Source: a bacterium (GTDB taxonomy: Bacteria; UBA8248; JACPRG01; G963555815). Taken from it: a DNA stretch of 64,000 bases. The stretch's first letter is position 1; every line of letters starts with the position of its first letter. Location: NCBI GenBank assembly GCA_965218795.1, contig OZ244653.1, positions 3,040,001 through 3,104,000 on the forward strand, given 5' to 3'. Positions 10,344 to 19,264 of this stretch are shown here, piece by piece. The notes under the pieces are model-generated. The model was not told where the DNA came from. It worked only from the letters and a program-made list of their open reading frames with translations, and did no database searches. The position numbers and the translations under genes were made by a program.

Positions 10344-10623
10344 CGGTCCTGGTCCTTCGCAGGCGCCCGGCTTTCTTTCCTTCCGAAAATCGACAATCCG
10401 TCACATCCATTCCGGGGTTTTTCGCCCTGCCGGCGTTTGGAAGAACGTCTCATGCTGTGTGTCATCGAAGCTGACCGGGAGTTGCGGAATCCAGGCGCAT
10501 AGAAGGCAGGGAGTAAAAGGCTGGCGGAACCAGGACTGTCAAGCGGAATGGCTTTGAGTGAAGGGCCAGGCGCGGGGAGAAAACCTTATTTTAATATAAT
10601 GATACTTTAACAAGGAGATCACA

Positions 10624-11165
10624 ATGCCAGAAATTTTGAGCGACTTCAGCGGCATGCAACTCCACTCGTGGATAACACGGACACGATCATAAACCGAGCC
10701 CTGGATGCACTTGAACAGCGCAAGGGACACACTGCTCCAGAACGTGAGAGATTACCGAGCGTGAAGCGCACGAAGATACTCGACGCTTCTATAGGAGGAG
10801 AGCCCATAGATAATCCAAACTGGAATTTGTTGGTCAAGTGGATGCTAGTCCAAGCGATGGAGCGTCTCCGCGACTTCGACAGGCTGAACGAGCTCTATTC
10901 CGAGAACATGATCCAAGGGCAAAAGGATGGCGAGGGATATAGTTACATCCCCGAGAGCGACATTTCCGTTCAAGGTTTATCTGCGGACAAAGCATGCAGC
11001 GCGTTGCTGACGGTGGCACAGAGCTTGAACATAGAGCTTGAGATCGGCTTCATGTGGTGGCGCAAGGTAGGTGCCACATGTCCAGGCGAGAAGGCTCGCT
11101 TGAGGGTGCCGGGATCAAGAACCGAGAGTGCGAGCAACATAAACCGTATTCCATCACCTGTATGA
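10624..11165 (+). pseudogene. SepA-family-like hypothetical protein with a damaged 5' end
   Basis: RBS AAGGAG and ATG 10624 are out of frame with FERLQRHATPLVDNTDTIINRALD...PNWN...EGYSYIPESDISVQG; family recalled from memory. Confidence 0.5.
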
Positions 11166-11710
11166 CTAGGCTTCTTTCCTCACAGGTTGGGTAAACTTCT
11201 TGACCGTGTCGATCGGTCGCCTCCCCATGTTGCGATACCCAACTCATGCAGTTTTTGATTGCCGCGCGTGGCGGCAATTGATTGAGAAGAAACCGGAGTT
11301 ATACACTTGACGCACCAGCCCCCATATGTAGATCCCGCCCTCATATCGGCTGACCACAAGATGTAGATCAGCCACCAAACGCTTGACCACTTCCCGTCAT
11401 TGGGTGTAGGTTGAATCTCGTAGGGCTGGAACCCCAAGGGAACCTTGGGGGGTTGCTGTGAGGAACGGGTTGGCACCCTCCTTTTAGCAAATCCCACCAC
11501 CCATGTCAACAGGATAGGTGCGTCCTAGGAGCGCAAAATGAGCCTGATTGATCGGATATTTTGTGGACATTGCCGCTTCAAAGTGAATGTGGATAAACCG
11601 GAGGGTAAGATAATTCGTTTGTATTGTACTACGTGCAAAATATCGGTTTGAGGTGGTCCCACTATCTTGGACAGTTAGGCGGCTGAGTGAAGGTGTATTC
11701 GGTTCATTGA

Positions 11711-12643
11711 TCATGCCGCCAGCGTCCTGTTTGACCCGTCTTTCTGTTCTGGTTGAGCCGGCAGAGGGGCAGGCAAGCGGTGGGGCTTGGCCTGCATCTG
11801 CGGCGGCAGTCCTTTTTCGTAGGCCTCGGCCGGGGTAGAGCCAGCCAGGGCGGAATGAGGTCTTTCGGTGTTATAGAAGTCGAGCCACTTGGCAATGGCC
11901 CTTTGGGCTGCGAAGCCGTCGGTGAGCTCGTGCAGATACACCGCTTCGTATTTGAGCGAACGCCAGAGGCGCTCGATGAAGATGTTGTCCATGCATCGGC
12001 CCCGGCCGTCCATGGAGATGGCGACGCCGGCGTCTTGGAGGACAGCGGTAAACGCGAGGCTGGTGAACTGGCTGCCTTGGTCGGTATTGAAGATCCGAGG
12101 CCGGCCGTAGCGGTCCAGGGCTTCGGTCAGGGCCTCGACGCAGAAGCGGGCATCCAGGGTGTTGGACAGCCGCCAGGCGAGCACACGGCGGGTGGCCCAG
12201 TCCATGACGGCTACCAGGTACAGGAAGCCGCGCTGGACGGGGATATAGGTTATGTCCGCGGTCCAGACCTGATTGGGCCGCTCGATGGCGAGTCCCTTGA
12301 GAAGATAGGGATAAACCCGGTGTTCGGGATGTGGTCTGGTGGTTCTCGGCGCTTGGTAGATGGCCTGTAGGCCCATCAGCCGCATCAGACGCCGAACCCG
12401 GTGACGACCGACACGGACTCCCTCGCGCCACAAATGACGGACCATCTGGCGGCTGCCGTAGAACGGGTATTTCAAGAACAACTCATCGATCCGCCGCATC
12501 AACGCCAGGTTCTGCGCACTCTCGCCCTTGGGCGTGTGGTACAGCGAGGATCGGCTGATGGAAAGCAGGCGGCATTGACGGCTCAAGCTGAGTTTGGGAT
12601 GGTCGCGACGGATCATGGCCCTGCGTCCCTCCCGGCTCACCAC
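11711..12643 (-). CDS. IS3 transposase OrfB (DDE integrase core)
   Basis: WTADITY, FNTDQGSQF, DNIFIERLWRSLKYE. Confidence 0.95.
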   Translation of the reverse strand: MVSREGRRAMIRRDHPKLSLSRQCRLLSISRSSLYHTPKGESAQNLALMRRIDELFLKYPFYGSRQMVRHLWREGVRVGRHRVRRLMRLMGLQAIYQAPRTTRPHPEHRVYPYLLKGLAIERPNQVWTADITYIPVQRGFLYLVAVMDWATRRVLAWRLSNTLDARFCVEALTEALDRYGRPRIFNTDQGSQFTSLAFTAVLQDAGVAISMDGRGRCMDNIFIERLWRSLKYEAVYLHELTDGFAAQRAIAKWLDFYNTERPHSALAGSTPAEAYEKGLPPQMQAKPHRLPAPLPAQPEQKDGSNRTLAA

Positions 12644-12918
12644 TTGAGCCCTTTGGACAAAAAATCCCGCTCCACCGTCAACTCCCCGATCTTCGCATGC
12701 AGGTCCCGGATCTCCACCTCATGGTCCCCACGTGCCCGCTCCGCCCCCTTGGAGAATACCTCCTTCAGCCCCTCCACCGCTCGCTGCTTCCAGGCGCTCA
12801 CCTGGTTCGGATGCACCTTGTGCCGCACCGCGATTTCTTGAACCGTCTTGTCCCCGCGCAGTGCTTCCAGCGCTACCTTCGCCTTGAACTCCCCCGTGAA
12901 TCGCCGTCGTGTCGTCAT
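12637..12918 (-). CDS. IS3 transposase OrfA (HTH)
   Basis: RRRFTGEFKAKVALEAL...HPNQVSAWK...KIGELTVERDFL. Confidence 0.95.
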   Translation of the reverse strand: MTTRRRFTGEFKAKVALEALRGDKTVQEIAVRHKVHPNQVSAWKQRAVEGLKEVFSKGAERARGDHEVEIRDLHAKIGELTVERDFLSKGLKW

Positions 12919-13190
12919 TGCGTATCCCTCCCTCAGTCGGTGGAATACACCTTAGCAACCTGTCCGATTTGCTGGGACCACCTCAGTTGCAGGGAAGGAT
13001 GAAGTCAAGCTAATGCTGAAAGAGATGCTTCGTGAATGGAAAAAGGCGGACCTAGACGCAGCCATTGAGAAGTCACCATGGATCTCTATCGAAATTGACG
13101 GGATTGAAAGTGAATTCGAACCTGTCAAAGGGAAACCGAGAATGGAGAAAATCACTTCTAAATGTAATTTTTACTTCGAAGTTACTTGAC

Positions 13191-13269
13191 GGAGCCCCCG
13201 TGGTCAAACGGCAAGACCGCGTCCCCTGCAAGGTACGAGGTCTCGGTTCGAATCCCCTCCGGGGCTCCA
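13191..13269 (+). tRNA. Degenerate tRNA-like element (pseudo-tRNA; anticodon TGC or GCA ambiguous)
   Basis: Acceptor GGAGCCC/GGGCTCC-A, D stem GGTC/GACC, GGTTCGAATCC; anticodon and T stems mispaired. Confidence 0.55.
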
Positions 13270-13325
13270 TCAAAGAATGTGAAAAGGAGGCTTCAGTTTC
13301 AGGCAGGGGAGGCTGGCTTGTCAAT

Positions 13326-13398
13326 CGCTACATCTTGTGATCTGGCCTTCGTGGGCTGAAATCCTACATCTAGTGGCCGGGTGCGTCAAGGGTATAAT
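13326..13398 (+). promoter_or_regulatory. Two NrdR-box-like motifs followed by a TATAAT -10 element
   Basis: CTACATCTTGTG (13328) and CTACATCTAGTG (13364); TATAAT at 13393. Confidence 0.4.
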
Positions 13399-13424
13399 CG
13401 CCGAAGAAACGGTGAGCAACACGG

Positions 13425-13697
13425 TCACGGAATCAACTTCACCAGCGCGACCGTGAGGCCGACGATCCCGGTGGCCATAAGCCATAAGTGTCTGTAGAAC
13501 GCCCTGAATTCGTTGGCAATATCGGCACGCAAACCAGCCATTTCGATGCGAACTGCGTCAATATCGGCCTTCGTTGCCACGTTTTCGCCCATGGCCTCGC
13601 CGACCGTGGCTACCACGGCTTCAGCCTGGGCTTCCTCGAAACCAGCGTCTCTGAGCGCCTTGGCCGCCTTGAGCGTATCAAATGCGAGGGTAATCAT
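13425..13697 (-). CDS. DUF1640/CCDC90-like small coiled-coil membrane protein
   Basis: FDTLKAAKALRDAGFEEAQAEA...VATKAD, C-terminal hydrophobic helix. Confidence 0.75.
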   Translation of the reverse strand: MITLAFDTLKAAKALRDAGFEEAQAEAVVATVGEAMGENVATKADIDAVRIEMAGLRADIANEFRAFYRHLWLMATGIVGLTVALVKLIP

Positions 13698-14031
13698 GCC
13701 ATGTATACTGTGTCACATGGTCCATTGATGTCAAAGTTGGGTGTAGTCCTTACTGATGCTGGCACTCACCATTCCAGCCGTTGCCGACCTTCGCGTCCCG
13801 GCGGCAGTCCTGAGCGTCTACGATAGCGACGCGCTCACGATTGAGGCTGAGATATGGCCAGCCCGGGCCATGTCCCGCGCGACTTGACCGAGTCCCTCCG
13901 TCCAGCCCGGTGGAGCGGAGGGCATTGTTTTCGCCTGGGTGCCGAGACAATCCATCTTGAATTTCACCGATGACCGATTTGATCGGTCCCATATCGCATC
14001 CGGATCATCTTCGAAAACGCGCCGGAACGAA

Positions 14032-14199
14032 TCAACTCCGTGGCGTACGGTTCCGCAGCATTCCGAAGAGCGCGCTCGCGTAGCTCGAAAGCAGATCGAT
14101 CAGAGCCTCCCTCGCCTTTTTGACGTCCCGCCGAATCAGTCGGCCCAAGAGCGGGACCGCGGGGATCAGGTTGTAGCCGTCGATCAGGAGCGTGGTCAT
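14032..14199 (-). pseudogene. Truncated YacP/Rae1-like NYN-domain nuclease (N-terminus only)
   Basis: MTTLLIDGYNLI...AREALIDLLSSY, then similarity is lost; stop after 55 aa. Confidence 0.65.
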
Positions 14200-14366
14200 A
14201 TTCGGTGGCCCGAGACCTATACGAAGGGTAGCGGGCAGGATTCTACACCTGTTATGATATTTGGACGTGAAGAGGAAGGCCTTGCATCCCGGAACGCTTC
14301 ATGGCGCAGGGCTCACGACTGGAAACCGTGAGGGGGGAGGGAAATCATCAGAGGGGGCATTGAATC

Positions 14367-14780
14367 ATGGCCAAGCTGAGACACATCGCCGTGGCGACGA
14401 AAGACCCTGAGAAAACCAGCGAGTTCTACAAGAAACACTTCGAGATGGAGGTGGCCGGCCGGATCGAAAACGACTTGGCTGAGGGCTATTACCTGTCGGA
14501 CGGGGTGGTTTGCCTCGCCATCCTGAAGTTCAAGACGCCCAACTCGAACCGCGCCTGGGACAGCGAGACGTTCACCGGGATCCATCACTTCGGGTTCATC
14601 GTGGACGACGTGGAGAAATCGGCCAGCGGCCTGGAAGCGGACGGATCGGAACTCGCGGCGGACCGTTACGAGGGGCGCGGCGAGGACACCGTATTCTACG
14701 AGCTCAAGTATACCGCTCCGGATGATGTTGTTCTTGACATCTCGGAACTCGGCTGGGTCGGGGCGAACGCCGAAGTATGA
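14367..14780 (+). CDS. VOC/glyoxalase family protein
   Basis: KLRHIAVAT.DPEK...FYK, GIHHFGFIVDD. Confidence 0.88.
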   Translation: MAKLRHIAVATKDPEKTSEFYKKHFEMEVAGRIENDLAEGYYLSDGVVCLAILKFKTPNSNRAWDSETFTGIHHFGFIVDDVEKSASGLEADGSELAADRYEGRGEDTVFYELKYTAPDDVVLDISELGWVGANAEV

Positions 14781-14839
14781 CCCGGCCATTCCGTCCATAG
14801 GCAGGATGGATCCCGGTCGCGCCCGAAAAATCCCCCATC

Positions 14840-15763
14840 TCAAAGCTGAAAGACAGTCCGGGCGTTGTCCCCGAGGATGAGAGCGAGCGCTTCGTCGCTC
14901 AAGGGAGGGACACCGATGCGCTCTGCGCCTTTTGGGAGCTCCTCTCGAAAGGTTTGGAGGCTCTGCGCCGGCGAGATCATCGGGTAATCGGTGCCCCAGA
15001 GGATGCGGTCGTAGCCGCACCCGAAGCGCGGAGCCCGGTGAAGCTGGCGCATCATCTCCTCCGGCGTTTCCAGAACCGACCAGAAGCTCAAATCCACGAA
15101 AACCCGATCGTGCTTCCCGACCAGGCACATGGCCTCGTCCACCCACGGCACGCCGAAGTGGGCGACGACGATGGCCAGGTCCCGGAACTCCCGGGCCGCC
15201 TCGTCGAGCTGAGCCGGACGTTGAAACTTCATCGGGGCATTGACCACCGTCGTCCAGCTCTGGTGGATGATGACCGGAATGTCCAGCTCCTGGGCCTTGG
15301 CGTAAATAGGCCAGAGGAGCTCCCGGTCGTCGGGCGCGTAGTGCTCGTAAGTGGGATACAGCTTGAGGGCTTTCATGCCGAGGCCGCGGACGGCCCGCTC
15401 CAGCTCCTCGACCGCCGATTCCCCTTGAAACGGGCTGACCGATGCGATCGGCACCAGTCGGTCGGGCGCCTCCTTGGCCACTTCGGCGACATACTCATTG
15501 GGGACGCCCACGCGAAGGGTTTCACGGGATTCCGGCTTACGGCCGTAGACCCTTGGCGGCCTGGGGGCCACACCGAAGAGGAGGACCTTGCCCACGCCGG
15601 CTTCGGTGTAATCCTGAATGAGCTTTTTCGGCCGAACCGGTTCATGGACGGCGCCGGGAATGGGCCGACGAGGCCAGCGAAAAAGAGGTTCCACCATTTC
15701 TTCGACGAAAGGGACCGGCCTGGATTCGGGCGGTCCGACGTGCGCATGGGCATCGACGATCAT
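14840..15763 (-). CDS. Amidohydrolase_2 family protein
   Basis: IVDAHAH, KLYPTY, VIIH, VVAHFG, ILWGTDYP. Confidence 0.88.
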   Translation of the reverse strand: MIVDAHAHVGPPESRPVPFVEEMVEPLFRWPRRPIPGAVHEPVRPKKLIQDYTEAGVGKVLLFGVAPRPPRVYGRKPESRETLRVGVPNEYVAEVAKEAPDRLVPIASVSPFQGESAVEELERAVRGLGMKALKLYPTYEHYAPDDRELLWPIYAKAQELDIPVIIHQSWTTVVNAPMKFQRPAQLDEAAREFRDLAIVVAHFGVPWVDEAMCLVGKHDRVFVDLSFWSVLETPEEMMRQLHRAPRFGCGYDRILWGTDYPMISPAQSLQTFREELPKGAERIGVPPLSDEALALILGDNARTVFQL

Positions 15764-15822
15764 CGGCCGGAGTCTCGCTTGGTTGAACCAGACGCGAATT
15801 GCGGGCATTCACGCCTTGACTG

Positions 15823-15861
15823 AAAAGAAGGCCTCCGGACGGGGATTCTCCGTCCGGAGGC
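15823..15861 (-). terminator. Rho-independent terminator after the NMT1-type binding protein
   Basis: GCCTCCGGACGG-AGAATCC-CCGTCCGGAGGC followed by CTTCTTTT on the - strand. Confidence 0.6.
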
Positions 15862-15867
15862 ATGGAA

Positions 15868-16896
15868 TCAGCTGCTCGGAAGCTTCGGCTTCGGCAGGCT
15901 CTTCGGGAGAAATTTGGTGGTGTACCATTCATTCATGGCCGGGGGGTTCTTCATTTCGTAGGCCTTGGCGATGGCGTCCCGGGTGTACTGCATGATCCCC
16001 GGGTCCATATACCCCAGGCCCTTGGTCTTGAGGTTGCCCCACACCTGGAAACGGCTGCTGAGATTCCACCAGAGTTTTGTCAGCTTCGGGTTCTGGTCGG
16101 GATGGAACTTCAGGAAAATCTTGACGGCTTCCTCCGGGTTCTCGATCGCCCAGGCGTTTCCTTCCAGGCTTGCCTTGACGAAACCTCTGACCTGATTCGG
16201 ATTTTCCCGGATCTTCGCGTCCGTTGTCATGAGCCCGTCGGTGGGCAGCTTCACGCCATAGTCGCTCCAGAGGAATTCGACCACTTCTTCATTGATTTTT
16301 TTTGCCTGAAGCCTCACCGGAATGGCCACGGTCGTGTACGTGATGATGGCGTCCACCTTTTTTGCGATGAGGCTGGGGTTCTTGGCCGCCGGGCGAATAT
16401 ACGTCCACTTCAGGTTTTTCAGACCGACTGCCTTCTGCAATAGCGGCCAGTTGCGGTGCAGCGCGTCGCCGAAGGTCGTCGCAATGTTTTTTCCTTCGAG
16501 GTCCTTCAGGGTCCGGATCCCCGAGCTTTTCAGAGCGAGGACGTTGTACATCAGGCGCTCGTGCCACATCGAGATCATCTTGACTTTCATGCCCTTGCTT
16601 CGGGCGACGACCACTGACCCCACGGCATCGAGGCCGTAATCCTGTTTTCCGGCCGCAACCGAGCTCGAGGGTCCGCCGTAACCCCGTTGAAAGGACATGT
16701 TGATGCCGGCGTTTTTGTACATCCCCTTTTCCCTGGCGGCGTAGTACCCGACATATTTCCCATAAGGGACCCAGTCGAATTTCAGAATGGCATCCTCGGC
16801 GGCGGGCGCGCTCGACGGAAGGAGAATCCCTCCGGTGAGAAGCGAGACCATCCCGAAGACAGCCAACTGCCTTCGCACAACCATTTTCCTTTTCAT
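15868..16896 (-). CDS. NMT1/THI5-like ABC substrate-binding protein
   Basis: Signal peptide, LKFDWVPYGKYVGYYAAREKG, IRTLKDLEGK. Confidence 0.85.
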   Translation of the reverse strand: MKRKMVVRRQLAVFGMVSLLTGGILLPSSAPAAEDAILKFDWVPYGKYVGYYAAREKGMYKNAGINMSFQRGYGGPSSSVAAGKQDYGLDAVGSVVVARSKGMKVKMISMWHERLMYNVLALKSSGIRTLKDLEGKNIATTFGDALHRNWPLLQKAVGLKNLKWTYIRPAAKNPSLIAKKVDAIITYTTVAIPVRLQAKKINEEVVEFLWSDYGVKLPTDGLMTTDAKIRENPNQVRGFVKASLEGNAWAIENPEEAVKIFLKFHPDQNPKLTKLWWNLSSRFQVWGNLKTKGLGYMDPGIMQYTRDAIAKAYEMKNPPAMNEWYTTKFLPKSLPKPKLPSS

Positions 16897-16958
16897 GTGA
16901 ATGCTCCTCCAGACGGTGACGACCGAGGGGGGAATTGCGTATACTGGTCTCCTGACCG

Positions 16959-16979
16959 CATTCCATTTGCGGTGGAATG
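16959..16979. promoter_or_regulatory. Inverted repeat CATTCCA-N7-TGGAATG in a divergent promoter region (candidate operator)
   Basis: Perfect 7-bp arms between divergent genes. Confidence 0.35.
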
Positions 16980-17099
16980 AAGAAGATTTTTCAACTATAA
17001 CATCTCTTTTCGTTTTCGATCTTCTGTTTTCTGCACTGAATGTCAGCCCCGGAACGTCGGAATTTCACTTTCGATTTTGACGCCAAAAGGGAGAACCCC

Positions 17100-18251
17100 A
17101 TGCAGTTTTATTTCTTTCACCTGATGCCATACCCGTACATGCCGGAGGATTATCTGGACCGTTACGGGACCTCCTGGGCCACGATACCCAACGAACTGTA
17201 CGACCCGGAAGTCGGCCATCAGCTCTACAACGATTACCTGGATGTATTCGAAGAAGCGGATCGCCTGGGCTATGACGGTATCTGCGTCAACGAGCATCAC
17301 CAGACCTGTTACGGTTTGATGCCGTCTCCCAACATCATGGCCGGGGCGTTGGCGCGGCGGACGAGCAACGCAAAAATCGCCATTCTGGGCAACGCCATTT
17401 GCTTGCGGGACCATCCCCTCCGCGTGGCCGAGGAAGTGGCGATGCTGGATGTCATCACCAAAGGGCGGATCATCTCGGGCTTTGTTCGCGGCGTGGGCGA
17501 CGAGTACATCTCCTTCAGCATGGACCCGACCACATCGCGAGACCGTTTCCTGGAGGCCCACGACCTCATCATCCGCGCGTGGACGGAAACCGGCCCCTTC
17601 GCATTCGAGGGAAAGCACTACACCTTCCGGTACGTCAATCCCTGGCCGAGACCCTACCAAAAGCCCCACCCGCCTGTTTGGCTGCCCTCGCAGGGAAGCA
17701 TAGAGACCGTCATCTTCGCCGCGGAGCGGCGTTATCCGTATATGCAGGTGTTCAGCCCGTTCAGCACAGTGAAGCGGATTCTCGACGAATACAAAAAGCA
17801 GGCGGAGAATTTCGGGTATGAAGCGCCGCCGGAGCAGTTGGGATGGGCCGTCCCGATTTATGTGGCCGATACCGACGAAAAGGCATGGGCGGAGGCGGAG
17901 ACCCACGTGGATTTCCTGTTCAACAAGCTGCTGAGGCGGCCTTTCCAGCAGTTCTTTCCCCCCGGGTATCTGACCGAGAAATCGATGGCCCGGGTTGTCG
18001 GTGACAAGAAGATTGGCGGAACGTATTTCGATCCGAGAGGACTGAACGAAAAGGGGATGATCCTGGTCGGCAGCCCCTCGACCGTCCGGGAGCGCCTGGC
18101 CGATTTTCAAGAACAGACGGGCATGGGCCTTCTCGTCGCCCTTCTCCACTTCGGGAGCATGCCCAAGGAGATGACGCTGGAGAATATCGACCTCTTTGCC
18201 AAAGAGGTGATGCCCCATTTTCGCGCGGAGGTCACCGCACCGGTTGCTTGA
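17100..18251 (+). CDS. LLM (luciferase-like) flavin-dependent oxidoreductase
   Basis: GYDGICVNEHH, PLRVAEEVAMLD, WPRPYQKPHPP. Confidence 0.92.
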   Translation: MQFYFFHLMPYPYMPEDYLDRYGTSWATIPNELYDPEVGHQLYNDYLDVFEEADRLGYDGICVNEHHQTCYGLMPSPNIMAGALARRTSNAKIAILGNAICLRDHPLRVAEEVAMLDVITKGRIISGFVRGVGDEYISFSMDPTTSRDRFLEAHDLIIRAWTETGPFAFEGKHYTFRYVNPWPRPYQKPHPPVWLPSQGSIETVIFAAERRYPYMQVFSPFSTVKRILDEYKKQAENFGYEAPPEQLGWAVPIYVADTDEKAWAEAETHVDFLFNKLLRRPFQQFFPPGYLTEKSMARVVGDKKIGGTYFDPRGLNEKGMILVGSPSTVRERLADFQEQTGMGLLVALLHFGSMPKEMTLENIDLFAKEVMPHFRAEVTAPVA

Positions 18252-18384
18252 CCGGCGTTGACTCTTGGATGATGAGCCGGCGCGCCGCGTTGGATCCGAT
18301 GCGGTGCTTTTGCGCTCGGTTCCTTGCCACAATTACATCCGGACGTGGTAGGTTGTCTGCAATCTCTTTGAGAGAGTCTGAATC

Positions 18385-19254
18385 ATGTCCCGATTTGAAG
18401 TACTGGAGCCTGAAAACCTGGACGAGGCCCTTTCGCTGATGGGCCGTGAAGGGGAAGACGTTCCCGTCATGGCCGGCGGGGTGGCGCTCATGATCCTGCT
18501 GAAACAGCGGGTGATCCGGCCCGAGAGAGTCATCACGCTGCGCAAAATCCGGGAGATGCGGGAGATCCGGGACGATCCGGGTGTGGGAGTGAAAATCGGC
18601 TCCCTGGTGACCCATCGGGCCATTGAAGCTTCTCCTGTGGTTCGCAACCGATGTCCCGTTTTTGCCGAAGCGGAGCACTTGGTGGGCAATGTGCGGATAC
18701 GGAACATGGGGACCATTGGGGGCGAGCTCTGTCACGGTGACCCCCACAGCGATGCCGCGCCCGTTCTGGTGGGATTGGGCGCATCGGTCCGTCTGGTCGG
18801 CCCGGGCAGTTCCGGTCAGAGCCGAACCATCCCCATCAGCGAGTTTTTTCTCGATTACATGGAAACCGACGTCAAGCCGGGCGAGCTGCTGGCGGAGCTG
18901 ATGATCCCCGAGCCGCCGAAGGGCGTTCGCGCGACCTATCTCAAGCACGGGACATCGACTTCCACCGACTGGCCCGCCCTCGGAGTGGCCGCCTTCGTGC
19001 AGGGAAATGGCGGGGATGGTTCGGACGTGAGGGTGGTCATTGGCTCCGTGGAGGCGAAGCCCAAGGAGATCGCCGGCTTGAACGAATTGGCCCGCGGCCT
19101 GGCTCCGGGAGAAACGCTCTTCCGCGAGCTCGGAAAACATGCGGCATCCCAGGTGGATCCCCTCGACGACACCCGAGTGTCTCCGTGGTACAAAAAGCAG
19201 TTGACCGAGGTTTACACCGGACGCGCCTTGAAGAGTATTTGGACCGCACAGTAG
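18385..19254 (+). CDS. Molybdenum hydroxylase FAD-binding (medium) subunit
   Basis: MAGGVAL, IRNMGTIGG; no 4Fe-4S insert. Confidence 0.9.
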   Translation: MSRFEVLEPENLDEALSLMGREGEDVPVMAGGVALMILLKQRVIRPERVITLRKIREMREIRDDPGVGVKIGSLVTHRAIEASPVVRNRCPVFAEAEHLVGNVRIRNMGTIGGELCHGDPHSDAAPVLVGLGASVRLVGPGSSGQSRTIPISEFFLDYMETDVKPGELLAELMIPEPPKGVRATYLKHGTSTSTDWPALGVAAFVQGNGGDGSDVRVVIGSVEAKPKEIAGLNELARGLAPGETLFRELGKHAASQVDPLDDTRVSPWYKKQLTEVYTGRALKSIWTAQ

Positions 19255-19264
19255 GAGACCGGCG

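Larger units (their letters stand above)
11649..12985 (-). mobile_element. IS3-family insertion sequence, apparently complete (1337 bp)
   Basis: Terminal IRs TGAGGTGGTCCC...GGACAG / CTGTCC...GGGACCACCTCA; 3-bp target duplication GTT at 11646-11648 and 12986-12988; orfA and orfB present. Confidence 0.95.
11538..13189 (+). pseudogene. 103-aa zinc-ribbon protein interrupted by the IS3 element
   Basis: RBS AGGAG; MSLIDRIFCGHCRF...LYCTTCKISV (to 11648) resumes in frame at 12989 (AGKDEVKLML...FYFEVT*) once the IS and one GTT copy are removed. Confidence 0.8.

Noticed and set aside
11180-11509. 109-aa - strand ORF with CxxC and a GGDRS motif
   Set aside because: No clear RBS or family; could be a phage relic but is not supportable
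8678-14200. tRNA-Leu as integration site of the downstream island
   Set aside because: No integrase, no duplicated tRNA-Leu 3' end, and the tRNA points away from the island
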